From Alphaproteobacteria bacterium (GTDB taxonomy: Bacteria > Pseudomonadota > Alphaproteobacteria > UBA7887), in the NCBI GenBank assembly GCA_965201155.1, contig OZ241752.1:328755-392754 (forward strand): a stretch of DNA of 64,000 nucleotides, given 5' to 3'. This document shows positions 1 through 10,528 of the stretch, piece after piece. The notes below the pieces were generated by a model. It made no database searches. It saw only the letters and a program-made list of their open reading frames with translations, and was not told the origin of the DNA. The first letter of the stretch is position 1, and every line of letters begins with the position of its first letter. The position numbers were made by a program, and so were the translations under genes.

Positions 1-2
1 CC

Positions 3-479
3 GTGCTCCGAATGCTCGCGGAAATCGGCTCCGTAGACCGCATCAATGCCTTTATCGCCCGTGCCAAGGACAAGGACGACCCCTTCCGCCTCATGGGATT
101 CGGCCACAGGGTCTACAAGAATTACGACCCGCGAGCCGCGGTCATGCGCCAATCCGCTCATGAAGTCCTCGCCGAATTGGGAGTCGAAAACGAACCCCTG
201 CTCAAACTGGCGATGGAACTGGAAAAAATCGCCCTCGAAGACCCCTATTTCGTTGACAGGAAACTATTCCCCAACGTCGATTTTTATTCGGGTATCATTT
301 TGCGCGCCATGGGAATCCCGATCGAACTGTTTACCGTTATTTTCGCGGTTGCGCGCACCGTCGGTTGGGTCGCCCAATGGAACGAAATGATTGAGGACCC
401 CAGCCAGAAAATTGGCCGCCCCCGCCAGCTTTACGTGGGCAACACCCAGCGAGACTTCACCACCATTGACGAACGCTGA
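3..479 (+). CDS. gltA: Citrate synthase, C-terminal fragment (5' end lies outside the window)
   Basis: Translation contains [14 protein letters not shown] and the C-terminal region typical of type II citrate synthases; the ORF runs in from the window edge. Confidence 0.85.
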   Translation: MLRMLAEIGSVDRINAFIARAKDKDDPFRLMGFGHRVYKNYDPRAAVMRQSAHEVLAELGVENEPLLKLAMELEKIALEDPYFVDRKLFPNVDFYSGIILRAMGIPIELFTVIFAVARTVGWVAQWNEMIEDPSQKIGRPRQLYVGNTQRDFTTIDER

Positions 480-536
480 GCACCCCCGCCCCGACGCGGC
501 GCGGCAACGCCCCCGGTAGCGGATCGGATTTCGCAT

Positions 537-2585
537 ATGGCCCTTCGAATGGGCGTCAATGTCGGCGAGACATTCACCGACTTCCTGCTGCTCGACGATA
601 AGGCAGGCACCGCCCACACCCTCAAGACACCGGCAACCCCGCACGACCACCTCGCAGGCATTCTCGCGGGTATACGGAAATTGGTGGATGATAACGGCAT
701 CGAATCATCGTCAATTCAACATTTTATCCATGCTATCTCACCTATTGTTTCAGATTTAATTGCCCGCCCGAACGTCCGCGTCGGATTGATCGTCAGCCGC
801 GGGTTCGAACATGTGCTGCACATGGCTCGCGCCCGCGCAATCCCGCCCGGACTGAGCCGCAAGCCCGCTCGGCAACCGGAGCCGCTCGCCGACTCTACCG
901 TCATCCGCGGCGTGCCTGAGCGCATGGACACACGCGGCAATATCGTGACACCGCTCGACGAGACGGCTGCCAACGAAGCAATCGCCGAACTCGTCGCCGC
1001 CGGCGTCGACTCCCTCGCCGTCGCTCTGCTGCACGCCTGCGCCAATCCGCTTCACGAACGGCGCATCGGCGCCCTCGCCGCCGAACGCGCACCGGAACTC
1101 CACATTTCCTTGTCGTCTGACGCCTTGCCCCATTGCGGCGAATATGAACGCACCGCCGCCACTGTCATGAACGCGCGTGCCCATGCCGGCCTGCGCGATT
1201 ATTTCAACCGTCTCGAGTCGGGCCTCGGCGCCGCGTCCCTGCGCCCGCGCATTACCGTCGGCCGCGCCGATGGCGGCAGCGCCGCCGCAGACCATACCGT
1301 CGACCAGCCGATTTATGCACTTCACGCCGACACCGCCGCCGGCGCCCTTGGCGCCGCTGCCGCCGCCGCTCGCGCCGATATCGCCGACGCATTGGCGCTC
1401 GATATCGGCAGCAAACACACCACCGTGACCCTGATCCACGACGGGAACCCCCTCATCGCTCCCGGACTGCGGCTGGGAAACCACGACACCGACGCGCCGG
1501 CGGTCGCGGTCCGCCGCGCTCGTCTGGCCGGCAGCGCAATCGCCCGCGTCACCCGGACCGGCGCACTTCGCGTCGGCCCCGAGAACGCCGGCGCCATACC
1601 GGGGCCCGCCTGCCTCGGCGGGAGCGGAGGCGCACCCACCGTCACCGACGCCCACGCAGTGCTCGGCCGTCTGCCCGCAACCCTGTGCGGCTCATCTGTT
1701 GATGTCGCTGCCGCCGAAGCAGCCGTCAACTCCGTCGCCCGCCCGCTCGGGATTGATGCGTTTCGCGCAGCCCAGGCCATTCTCGACTTCACCGACGAAA
1801 CCCTGTTGGGCGCGCTGCGCCGGTTTGCCGCCGAAAACGGGCGCGACCCCGAAACTCTGGCACTGGTGGCCCATGGCGGCGCCGGCCCCCTCCACGCCAA
1901 TGCACTTGCCGCACTGGCCGGCTGCTTCCCGGTCGTCGTGCCGCCCGCGCCCGGCGTGCTGTCAGCGTTCGGACTGCTTTGCACGGGCGCGAAGAATACC
2001 TTTGCAAAACCCCTGTTTCGCCGTCTCGACGACCTATCCGCGGCACAATTGACTGATATCATCGATCAACTCGCCTACCGTGCGCGCAATTGGCTGAATA
2101 CCGAAGGCGTGGGCGAATCCGCGCACACCCTCGCCTGTGAAGTGGACCTCGCCTGGCGCGGTTTCACCGACACATTATCCTTCCCGGTCGCACCCGCCGA
2201 TTTCGCCGATGGCGGCGGCTTCGCGGAGCTTGAAAAACGCTTCCGCGCCGCCCATGAACGCCGTTATGGCTGCACCCTCGACCGACCGATAGAGGTCGCC
2301 TCCGTACGGATGACCGCCACCGGCCCCGCCTCTTCCCCGTCCATTACTGCGCCAACGGCCGTCGGCGGTTCACCCGCGGCAGCCATCGTCGAACGGCGGC
2401 AAGTCTATTTCAACGACGGCTGGACCGCCGCCAATATCTACGACCGCGCACGACTCGCCGCCGGCCAGCGCGTGGACGGACCGGCAATAATCATGCAACA
2501 TGACGCCACAACGGTGATCCTGCCGGGTCATGTCGGCGATATCGACAAGTTCCTGAATATTCTCATTTCGCCGCAGGCGTCATGA
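537..2585 (+). CDS. Hydantoinase/oxoprolinase A-subunit family protein (HyuA-like)
   Basis: N-terminus MALRMGVNVGETFTD matches the GxDxGGTFTD start of hydantoinase_A/oxoprolinase. ATG at 537. 682 aa. Its stop overlaps the next gene (ATGA), indicating translational coupling. Confidence 0.8.
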   Translation: MALRMGVNVGETFTDFLLLDDKAGTAHTLKTPATPHDHLAGILAGIRKLVDDNGIESSSIQHFIHAISPIVSDLIARPNVRVGLIVSRGFEHVLHMARARAIPPGLSRKPARQPEPLADSTVIRGVPERMDTRGNIVTPLDETAANEAIAELVAAGVDSLAVALLHACANPLHERRIGALAAERAPELHISLSSDALPHCGEYERTAATVMNARAHAGLRDYFNRLESGLGAASLRPRITVGRADGGSAAADHTVDQPIYALHADTAAGALGAAAAAARADIADALALDIGSKHTTVTLIHDGNPLIAPGLRLGNHDTDAPAVAVRRARLAGSAIARVTRTGALRVGPENAGAIPGPACLGGSGGAPTVTDAHAVLGRLPATLCGSSVDVAAAEAAVNSVARPLGIDAFRAAQAILDFTDETLLGALRRFAAENGRDPETLALVAHGGAGPLHANALAALAGCFPVVVPPAPGVLSAFGLLCTGAKNTFAKPLFRRLDDLSAAQLTDIIDQLAYRARNWLNTEGVGESAHTLACEVDLAWRGFTDTLSFPVAPADFADGGGFAELEKRFRAAHERRYGCTLDRPIEVASVRMTATGPASSPSITAPTAVGGSPAAAIVERRQVYFNDGWTAANIYDRARLAAGQRVDGPAIIMQHDATTVILPGHVGDIDKFLNILISPQAS

Positions 2586-4612
2586 CTGAATCGCCCCCAT
2601 CGAATCCGCCATCGCTCGACGACCTGCTGAGACGCAGCCGAACGCAGTTCGATGCAATAGTTTCCAGCCAGTTCAATGCGGACGCTCTGTCGGTGCCCCT
2701 CGCGCTCGAGCCGCCGGCGGAACCCGACGAAACGCCCCCTGTGGCCGATGCTCCCCGCATTGCCGAGAGCACGCCGCCCTCTGGCCAGGTCCCTAAGGCC
2801 GAAACGCCAATCTCTCCGGCGCCCGAACGCGCCCTCGATACGGTAACAGTTGATCTCATTGCCGGCGCGCTGAACAACACCGTAGAGGAAATGCAGGCAG
2901 TGCGCCGGCGCGCAGCCCTTGCGTCGGGCCGCCCTGCCGCCCGCGGCGCCTTGCCTGCCATCACCGATGCTGAAGGCCGGATGATCGCCGGCGGACGCGC
3001 CGGCTTTTCCGTCGCCCCCTTGCTTCACGGCGGCGCCCGTGAACTCCGCCCCGGCGAGGCCATCCTGTGCAGCGACCCTTGGGGCGCTGAACCCGCCGGC
3101 CCCGTAAGCGAATGGTTCGTCATTGTCCCCGCCTTCCATGACGGCGCGCTTGCCGGCTTTTGCATCCTTGCCGCCGAAATGGAAGACGCCGGTGGCTGGA
3201 CCGCGGGTGGCATGACCGCCGCTGCTCCGTCGAGTTTTGCCGAAGGCATACGCATACCGGCCATGAAAATCCCGACCGACGGAACACAGGAAGTCGCTAG
3301 CCTCGATATTCTGCTGGCCAACACACGCGAGCCTGACGCGAATTACGCCGGACTCCGGGCGCTTCTCCTCGGCGGCGCAGCCGGCGCCCGGCGCGTGGCC
3401 GGCCTCTGCGGACGCTTCGGCCGCAACCGCTACACCGCCGCGTGCCACGCATTGTTCGCGCGTGCGGATACCGCGCTGCGCGCCGCCATTGCGCGCTACC
3501 TCCCCCGCGAACCCCAATCGTTCGAAGACTTCATCGACGATGACGGCTGCGGCAACGGCCCCCTCAAGCTCAAACTGTCCGTCTGGCGCGAGGGCGAAGA
3601 CGCATGGTTCGACTGGACCGGCACCGCGCCGCAATCACCGGGTTCCGTCAATCTTCGGCTGCATGACGACGCATTCCGATTGTATGCCGCCGCGCACCTG
3701 GCAGCCCTGTGGCAATGGGAACTCCCGCTCAATGACGGCCTGCGTCGGCGAATTCACGTGACCCTGCCGCACGGTTCCCTTTTGCAGCCCGCCTTTCCCG
3801 CAGCGCTGGGGTGCGGAGCGCCCGTGCTGGCGCGAATGTTCGACACGCTCGCCGGCGCCCTCGCTAAATGCGCGCCCGAACAAGCGGCGGCGGTCGGCCA
3901 CGGCGCACTTCCATATTTCCGCTTCGCCAGCACAGACGCTGGCGGACTCCCGTTCCGGCTGACGGACTTTGTGCCCGGGGGCCTGCCCGCCGGACCGCAC
4001 GCGGACGGTGCCGACGGCCATTCCCTCTGGCCAGGGGGTGAAAACACCCCTGTCGAAAAAGCGGAGACTCGCGCGCCCATACGCATCGAAGCCTGCCGCC
4101 TGCTGCCTGACAGCGGCGGTGCCGGCTTGCATCGCGGCGGCAATGGGGTGGAAAAAATCTGGCGCGTGCTTGCGGCCGGCTCCGTATCCCTTCACGATGA
4201 CAGAAGCCTCAATCCCCCTTGGGGCGTGCGCGGCGGCGCGCCGGGTGCCCGCTCGGAAAAATGGCTCGTACGCGAGAATGGCGACCGTGAACCTTTGCCC
4301 GCCAATTCGGACAATATCCGCACGCGCGCCGGCGACAGCATCGTCTTTCGCACTGCCGGCGGCGGCGGTTGGGGAAATCCCCTTGACCGTGACGCGGCGC
4401 GTGTCGCACGTGACGTTGCACACGGGCTGGTCAGCGCCGACGCCGCCCGGGAACACTATGGCGTCGTGCTCGCCGCCGGCGGTGAAGCACATGATGCATA
4501 CGCCACCGAAGACTTGCGGATTCGCATGAAGCATGAACAGCGGCCGCCGCCCCTGTTCCGCTTCGGCAGCAACGGCAATGCCGCGGTCGATGAGCCGCCC
4601 GGCAACCGGTAA
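2582..4612 (+). CDS. Hydantoinase B/oxoprolinase family protein (HyuB-like) with a Pro-rich N-terminal extension
   Basis: 676 aa with a hydantoinase_B-like body (ITDAEGRMIAG..., C-terminal GGGGWGNPLDRD). ATG overlaps the hyuA stop. The first ~85 aa are proline-rich and low-complexity. Confidence 0.75.
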   Translation: MTESPPSNPPSLDDLLRRSRTQFDAIVSSQFNADALSVPLALEPPAEPDETPPVADAPRIAESTPPSGQVPKAETPISPAPERALDTVTVDLIAGALNNTVEEMQAVRRRAALASGRPAARGALPAITDAEGRMIAGGRAGFSVAPLLHGGARELRPGEAILCSDPWGAEPAGPVSEWFVIVPAFHDGALAGFCILAAEMEDAGGWTAGGMTAAAPSSFAEGIRIPAMKIPTDGTQEVASLDILLANTREPDANYAGLRALLLGGAAGARRVAGLCGRFGRNRYTAACHALFARADTALRAAIARYLPREPQSFEDFIDDDGCGNGPLKLKLSVWREGEDAWFDWTGTAPQSPGSVNLRLHDDAFRLYAAAHLAALWQWELPLNDGLRRRIHVTLPHGSLLQPAFPAALGCGAPVLARMFDTLAGALAKCAPEQAAAVGHGALPYFRFASTDAGGLPFRLTDFVPGGLPAGPHADGADGHSLWPGGENTPVEKAETRAPIRIEACRLLPDSGGAGLHRGGNGVEKIWRVLAAGSVSLHDDRSLNPPWGVRGGAPGARSEKWLVRENGDREPLPANSDNIRTRAGDSIVFRTAGGGGWGNPLDRDAARVARDVAHGLVSADAAREHYGVVLAAGGEAHDAYATEDLRIRMKHEQRPPPLFRFGSNGNAAVDEPPGNR

Positions 4613-4675
4613 ACCAAACCGACCCTGCCGCCGGCGCGGCGCAGGGCGCAACGACAGGCAGCGAGAGACAGAGCC

Positions 4676-7411
4676 ATGCTGGAAATTGTGACAAGTTTGA
4701 TCGTTACGGCGATCGTCATCATCGCGGTTGTCTATGTGCTGTCCATATGGGTGTACAAACGCGCCGCCGCGAACATGGCGTTCATTCGCACCGGGTTTCT
4801 CGGCACCCGGGTCTGCATTGGCCGCGGCGCCATCGTCCTGCCCGTCTTCCACGAAATCACCTGGGTGTCGCTCGAAACCATCAAGCTCATCGTCAGCCGC
4901 GCGCGCGACCAGGCCGTCCTGACCTCGGACAAGATTCGCATAGACGTCATCGCCGAACTCTATGCCCATGTCGGGCGCAGCGAAGACGACGTCCTCACCG
5001 CCAGCCGCAGCCTCGGCGACAAGACATTCGACTCCGACCGCGTACGCAACCTGCTCGAAGCCAAGGTCGTCAGCGTCCTGCGCAGCTATGCCGCCACCAA
5101 GACACTCAGCGAGCTGCACGAAAACCGCGTCGAATTCGCGCGCGCCATCAAGGAAAGTGTGATCGAGAGCTTCCAGGCCAACGGCCTGACCCTTGAGGAA
5201 GTCACCATCGTGACCCTGGAACAGGCCGGCAAGGAATATTTCAAGACCGACAACGTGTTCGACGCCGAAGGCCTGAAGATCATCACTGAAATCACCTCCG
5301 ATGCGCGCCGCAAGGTCCACGAGACCGAAAAACGCACCACCGTCGCCATTCGCCAAAAGGATCTCGACACCCAGCTCGAACTCCTCGATATCGAAAAGGA
5401 CGAAGCCTTTGCTCGCGCCGGCCAGGACAAGGCGGTGGCCAATGAGCAGGCGCTGCGGCTGGGCGAAAAACAGATCTACGTGCTCGACCAGCGCATGGCC
5501 GTCGAGGAAAAGGAAATCGAAAACGAAAAGCAGCTCGAACGCCTGCGCACCGACCGTCAGGTCGCGGTGATCCAGGAAGCGCAAAAGCGCGAGGCTGAGG
5601 AAATTCGCAAGGAGCGCGCCCTCGAACAGGAACGCCGCGACCGCGAAATCGCCATCATCGCCAAGGCGCGGCAGGAGGAACTCGCCGATATCGAGCGCAA
5701 GCTGGCGCTGGAGAAAGCCGAACGGGACCGCGAAATCGAACTCATCGCCAAGGCGCGCGAACACGAGCTCGCGGACATCGATCGCGAACTCGCGCGCCAG
5801 TCCGCCGAAAAGGAACGCGACATCGAACTGTCGGAGAAGGAGCGCGCCCGCCAGCAAGCCGACATCCAGCGCGCCACCGCCGTCACTGCCGAGGAAGAGG
5901 AAGCGCGCAACAAGCGCCATGCCTCATCGGAAACCGCCTCGCTCGCCATGCGCCGGCGCACGCTCGAAACGCGCCTTGCCATGCTCGAAATCGACCGCGA
6001 CGAAGCCTTCGCCGCCGCCCGCCAGGAGCAGGAAGTTGCCAACGAAAAGGCCCGCGTCCTCTCCGAACAGCAAAAATACATCCTTGCCCAGCGCTGGGAG
6101 GTGCAGCAGGAAGAAATCAACCGCGAGGAAGAGCTGGAAAAGGCGCGCATAACCAGGGACGCCGCCGTCATCGAACAGGCCAAATTGCGCGAGGCCGCCG
6201 AAGTGCGCCGCACCCTCGCCCGCGAACAGGAGGAACGCGACCGCGAAATCGCCCTCGTCGCCAAGGACGAGGAACTGCGCCGCGCCGAAGTTCGCCAGGC
6301 CCGCACCGTTGAACTCGAGGAGCGCGACCGCGAAATCGCGATCATCGGCAAGGAACGCGAGCGCGAAATCGCCGATATCCAGCGCTTCCTTGCCCGCGAA
6401 CAGGAAGAACGCGACCGCGAGATCACTCTCGCTGCCAAGACACGCGAACTCGAGGAAGCCGAAGCCGACCGCCTCGCCGCAACCGAGGATCGCCGCCGCG
6501 CCGAACACGCTGCCGACTCCGTGGCGTTCATCGCGGATGCCGAGCGCGCACGTAAAATCGAGCGTATTGCCGCCGAGAAACACGCCGAAACCCAACGCAT
6601 CGAAGAGAAAATGAAAGCCGAAATCTCCCGCATGCACGTAGTGCAGCAGGCGGGAGCAAGGCAGGAAGCCTCCGAACATGAGGCAGAGGCCACACTCGCC
6701 CGCGCCCGTGCCACCAGCGAAGCGCAAAAGATCAACGCCGAAGGTGTCGAACGCGAAGTCGCCGCCCCCGGCCGCGCCGAAATGGCAATCGAGCAGTTGC
6801 GCGTCATCAATGTCCGCCAGCGCCTCGAAGCCGAAGCCGCCGGGCTCGAATCCAAGGCCGAGGCGCTCAAGAAATACAACGAGGCCGCGACTTTCCTCGA
6901 ACTCGCCAAGATGCACATCGAAGCCGAACGCGATATTCACATCGACCAGGCCAAAGCCATGGGCAGCGCCTTGTCCGGTGCGCAAATCCGCATGTATGGC
7001 GGCGGCAATGGCGACGGTACCGTCGATACCATACGCGGCCTCTTCACCCAGGGCTTCGGCCTCGGCGAAGTGCTGGAGGGCGTCGCCCAGTCGCTGCCGG
7101 AAGGACTGCGCCAGCGCTTTGCCGCCAATGGCGTGCGGGGCCTCTTCGGCAGACCTTATGACAGCGGGTCGCTGATGCAGGTCTATGAACAGCTCAACGC
7201 GCTCGTCTCCGCGAGCATGAGCACCGACGAGGACCGCAGCATCCCCTTCTCCGACGCCCTCCAGCGCCTCGCCGACGCCGCCGGTGCCGACCAGGAGGCC
7301 GGGCGCGCCGTCGCGCTGCTCGACAAGATGAACGAGCAGGACGTTTTCTCCGAAGTTTCGTTCGACAAGGTGTGGGCGCTGTTGCAGGCCGCCGCCCGCT
7401 CTGCCGGCTGA
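4676..7411 (+). CDS. Flotillin/SPFH (band-7) family protein with an internally duplicated coiled-coil module
   Basis: N-terminal TM helix plus an SPFH domain, followed by a long Glu/Arg/Ala-rich coiled coil containing ~28-aa repeats (ERDREIAIIAKARQEELADIERKLAL x6). C-terminal Gly-rich YqiK-like tail. ATG at 4676. Confidence 0.7.
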   Translation: MLEIVTSLIVTAIVIIAVVYVLSIWVYKRAAANMAFIRTGFLGTRVCIGRGAIVLPVFHEITWVSLETIKLIVSRARDQAVLTSDKIRIDVIAELYAHVGRSEDDVLTASRSLGDKTFDSDRVRNLLEAKVVSVLRSYAATKTLSELHENRVEFARAIKESVIESFQANGLTLEEVTIVTLEQAGKEYFKTDNVFDAEGLKIITEITSDARRKVHETEKRTTVAIRQKDLDTQLELLDIEKDEAFARAGQDKAVANEQALRLGEKQIYVLDQRMAVEEKEIENEKQLERLRTDRQVAVIQEAQKREAEEIRKERALEQERRDREIAIIAKARQEELADIERKLALEKAERDREIELIAKAREHELADIDRELARQSAEKERDIELSEKERARQQADIQRATAVTAEEEEARNKRHASSETASLAMRRRTLETRLAMLEIDRDEAFAAARQEQEVANEKARVLSEQQKYILAQRWEVQQEEINREEELEKARITRDAAVIEQAKLREAAEVRRTLAREQEERDREIALVAKDEELRRAEVRQARTVELEERDREIAIIGKEREREIADIQRFLAREQEERDREITLAAKTRELEEAEADRLAATEDRRRAEHAADSVAFIADAERARKIERIAAEKHAETQRIEEKMKAEISRMHVVQQAGARQEASEHEAEATLARARATSEAQKINAEGVEREVAAPGRAEMAIEQLRVINVRQRLEAEAAGLESKAEALKKYNEAATFLELAKMHIEAERDIHIDQAKAMGSALSGAQIRMYGGGNGDGTVDTIRGLFTQGFGLGEVLEGVAQSLPEGLRQRFAANGVRGLFGRPYDSGSLMQVYEQLNALVSASMSTDEDRSIPFSDALQRLADAAGADQEAGRAVALLDKMNEQDVFSEVSFDKVWALLQAAARSAG

Positions 7412-7435
7412 GCGCCGCCGCCCGCCACTGCCCCC

Positions 7436-8551
7436 ATGCCCGACTTCGACGTTGTTCTGCGCGGGGTCAACAAGACCTTCCCCGGCGATGTACGTGCCGT
7501 CATCGACTTCGATGCCGAAATCGAACGCGGCGCCTTCGTCGCCATGCTCGGACCGTCAGGATGCGGCAAGACAACCACCCTGCGCATGATCGGCGGCCTT
7601 GAGGAAGTCACCTCCGGCCGCATCTTCATCGCCGGGCAGGATGTCACCGACCTGCCTCCCTCCCACCGCGACACATCCATGATGTTCCAGAGCTTTGCGC
7701 TCTTCCCCCACCGCACCGTATTCCAGAACGTCGAATTCAGCCTGAAAATGCAGGGCCGGAACTCCCGGGAACGCGCCAAACCCGTCTGGGACATGATCGA
7801 CATGGTGGGCCTCACCCCGCTTGCCGACCGCCGCCCGCACGACCTCTCCGGCGGCCAGCAGCAGCGTGTGGCCCTGGCCCGGGCGCTCATCAGCCGCCCC
7901 ACCGTCCTTTTGCTCGACGAGCCGCTCGGCGCGCTCGACTACAATCTGCGCCAGACCATGATCGTCGAGCTCAAGAAAATCCAGCGCGAGCTCGGCATCA
8001 CCTTCATCATGGTTACTCACTCGCAGGAAGAAGCCATGTCGATGGCCGACATGGTGATCGTGATGAGCGACGCCGTCATTCAGCAGATCGGCACCTCGCG
8101 CGAAATCTATGAAACCCCTCGGACCCGCTTCGTCGCCGAATTCATCGGCAACAACAACCTCTTCCGCGGCAAGGTCGTCTCGCGCTCCGGGTCCATAATG
8201 TTTATCGAATACGGAGACCGGATCTACTACCTCAACGCCGCGTCCAACGGGTCTGCACCACCCATCGGCGCCGAAGTGGATTTCTCCGTTCGCGCCGATG
8301 TCATGCACACCGGCGAACATCCCGAATTCGCCAACCGCGTCGTCGGACGCTACGTCACCACCGAATTCAAGGGATCGCTGGAAACCGACGTGTTCGAAAT
8401 CGCGCCGCATCATTTCGTTCATGTCGAACAGCACCGCAGCGCATCCGACCGGACCTATGACATGGGAGAGCGCGAGGTCATCTGCTGGCGCGCCGACGCC
8501 GGCACCCTCCTCGAAGACCAGGTCACCCCCGGCGAACCCGCGACGGCGTGA
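7436..8551 (+). CDS. ABC transporter ATP-binding protein (PotA/MalK-like, with C-terminal TOBE-type domain)
   Basis: Walker A GPSGCGKTT, ABC signature LSGGQQQRVALARAL, Walker B LLLDEPLGALD. 371 aa. No permease or substrate-binding-protein gene is adjacent. Confidence 0.8.
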   Translation: MPDFDVVLRGVNKTFPGDVRAVIDFDAEIERGAFVAMLGPSGCGKTTTLRMIGGLEEVTSGRIFIAGQDVTDLPPSHRDTSMMFQSFALFPHRTVFQNVEFSLKMQGRNSRERAKPVWDMIDMVGLTPLADRRPHDLSGGQQQRVALARALISRPTVLLLDEPLGALDYNLRQTMIVELKKIQRELGITFIMVTHSQEEAMSMADMVIVMSDAVIQQIGTSREIYETPRTRFVAEFIGNNNLFRGKVVSRSGSIMFIEYGDRIYYLNAASNGSAPPIGAEVDFSVRADVMHTGEHPEFANRVVGRYVTTEFKGSLETDVFEIAPHHFVHVEQHRSASDRTYDMGEREVICWRADAGTLLEDQVTPGEPATA

Positions 8552-8564
8552 GGAAACGAAAAAT

Positions 8565-9371
8565 ATGAGCGGCAGACTTGAAGGCAAGACCGCGATCGTA
8601 ACCGGCGCCGGCTCTGTCGCGCCGGGCTGGGGCAATGGCAAGGCGACCGCCGTTCTCTTCGCGCGCGAAGGCGCGCGCGTTGTCGCCCTTGATATCAACG
8701 CCGACGCAGCCGAGGAAACCCGTACCATCATCGCCGGCGAGGGCGGCGAATGCACCGCCGTGGTCGCCGACGTCACCAGCGAGGCGGACATTTCTGCCGC
8801 CGTCGAAACCACACTGTCCCGCTATGGCAGCGTGGACATCCTGCACAACAATGTCGGCACCGTCATCAGCGGCGGCCCGCCGGAACTCAACCCCGCCGAA
8901 TGGGAGCGGGGCGCCGCCATAAACCTCAAAAGCGTCTATCTCACCGCCCGGCATGTCGTGCCGCACATGCAGCGCCAGGGAGGCGGCGCCATTGTCAACG
9001 TGTCCTCCATCGCCGCCTGCCGCTGGATGGGCGTGCCCTATACATCCTATGCCGCAACCAAGGCGGGGATGATCGGCCTCAGCCGCAATATTGCCCTGCA
9101 ATACGCCGCCGATGGAATCCGCTGCAACTGCATCTTGCCGGGCATCGTCGACACACCGCATTTGCGCGAGTTACTGTCGCGCGTCCTCGACGCCGATGAA
9201 CTTGAGCAGCGCGTCACCCACCGCAACGCACAAATTCCCATGCGGCGCATGGGCGATGCGTGGGATGTCGCCCGCGCCGCCCTCTATCTCGCCTCCGACG
9301 AGGCGCGCTATGTCACCGGCGCCGAACTCGTCGTGGATGGCGGCCTCAGCGTCAGCGCCATTTCCGGCTGA
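8565..9371 (+). CDS. Short-chain dehydrogenase/reductase (SDR) family oxidoreductase
   Basis: TGAGSVAPGWGNG Rossmann motif, catalytic YxxxK (YAATKAG) and NNVG motif. Start moved to the ATG at 8565, which is preceded by AGGAAACG; the ORF track's upstream extension is not homologous to SDRs. Confidence 0.8.
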   Translation: MSGRLEGKTAIVTGAGSVAPGWGNGKATAVLFAREGARVVALDINADAAEETRTIIAGEGGECTAVVADVTSEADISAAVETTLSRYGSVDILHNNVGTVISGGPPELNPAEWERGAAINLKSVYLTARHVVPHMQRQGGGAIVNVSSIAACRWMGVPYTSYAATKAGMIGLSRNIALQYAADGIRCNCILPGIVDTPHLRELLSRVLDADELEQRVTHRNAQIPMRRMGDAWDVARAALYLASDEARYVTGAELVVDGGLSVSAISG

Positions 9372-9451
9372 CTGCTCACCGATGGTTGAATCGGTGCGCG
9401 TACCCGCGCACTCACCTTGATCCACATTACCCCGCCCGGGGGGAGACGCGG

Positions 9452-10528
9452 ATGACCCACTGTTTTCCGCCGCACACGCTGCTGGCGCTGACCCGCGCCT
9501 TCTGTGCCGCCGGCGGCTCCGAATCGCACGAACAGGACCTTGTCGCCCGCAACCTTGTCGACGCCAACCTGTACGGTCATGACAGCCATGGCGTCGGCAT
9601 CCTGCCCGCCTACGCCACCTCGATGACCGATGGCTGGCTGAAAGCCAACGCCCATATGTCCGTCACCGGCGGCGAGGGCGCCGTGCTGCAACTCGACGGC
9701 AATCTCGGCTATGGCCAGGTCATCGGCCATGAAGCCATGGCGCTCGGCATAGCCCGCGCCCGTGAGCACGGCGCTGCCGTGCTGGCGCTGCGTATGAGCC
9801 ATCATCTTGGCCGTATCGGCGCCTGGGCCGAACTCTGCGCCGAAGCCGGCATGGTCTCGATCCACTACGTCAACTCCGCAGGCTACCGCCCCAGCGTCGC
9901 ACCTTTTGGCGGCGCGGAGTCGCGCTATACCACCAACCCCTATTGCACCGGCATTCCCGCTCGCGACGGCGACCCGCCCGTCATCCTGGATTTCGCCACC
10001 AGCGCTATTGCCATGGGCAAGGTTCGCGTCGCCCGCAACAGCGGCGAGCAAGTCGCTGCCGACGCCCTTGTCGATGGCGAAGGCCGGCCCACCCGCGATC
10101 CCAATGTCATGTATGCCAGTCCCCGGGGCGCGCTCAGGTCGATGGGCCTGCACAAGGGTTATGGCATGGCGCTGGTCTGCGAGGCGCTGGCCGGCGCCCT
10201 CACCAATGGCGGCGGCCATCTCCCCCATCGCAACCACGGACGCGCGATCATCAACAACATGCTCAGCGTCGTCATCGACCCGGAGGCCGTCGGCAGCCGT
10301 AGCTTCTTTCACAACGAACTGGCCGACATCATCGCCCATGTAAAGTCTTCGCCGCCTGCCCCCGGGGTCGACGCGGTAATGGTGCCGGGCGAACCCGAAC
10401 GCAAGGAGCGCGCACGGCGCGCGAAAGAGGGTATCCTGATCGACGATGAAACCCTGACCCAGATTCTTGAAAGCGGCGCCCGGCTGGGCCTCGAACCGGC
10501 CACGGCGCGCCGCATCCTCGGCATGTAG
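9452..10528 (+). CDS. Ldh_2 family (malate/L-lactate/ureidoglycolate-type) NAD(P)H-dependent dehydrogenase
   Basis: The body matches the Ldh_2 fold signature (HDSHGVG..., MGxHKGYGxA). Start set to the ATG at 9452 with a GGGGGAGA RBS. Confidence 0.7.
   Translation: MTHCFPPHTLLALTRAFCAAGGSESHEQDLVARNLVDANLYGHDSHGVGILPAYATSMTDGWLKANAHMSVTGGEGAVLQLDGNLGYGQVIGHEAMALGIARAREHGAAVLALRMSHHLGRIGAWAELCAEAGMVSIHYVNSAGYRPSVAPFGGAESRYTTNPYCTGIPARDGDPPVILDFATSAIAMGKVRVARNSGEQVAADALVDGEGRPTRDPNVMYASPRGALRSMGLHKGYGMALVCEALAGALTNGGGHLPHRNHGRAIINNMLSVVIDPEAVGSRSFFHNELADIIAHVKSSPPAPGVDAVMVPGEPERKERARRAKEGILIDDETLTQILESGARLGLEPATARRILGM

Noticed and set aside
3635-5920. 761-aa minus-strand ORF spanning hyuB, the intergenic gap and the flotillin 5' end
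   Set aside because: It lies antisense to two well-supported genes and crosses their intergenic region. Its Gly/Ala/Asp/Arg-rich low-complexity translation is typical of shadow ORFs in high-GC DNA.
5557-6918. 453-aa Ser/Arg/Ala-rich minus-strand ORF
   Set aside because: It is the reverse complement of the flotillin ERDREIA repeat region. The repetitive SR composition mirrors the sense-strand repeats, so it is not an independent gene.
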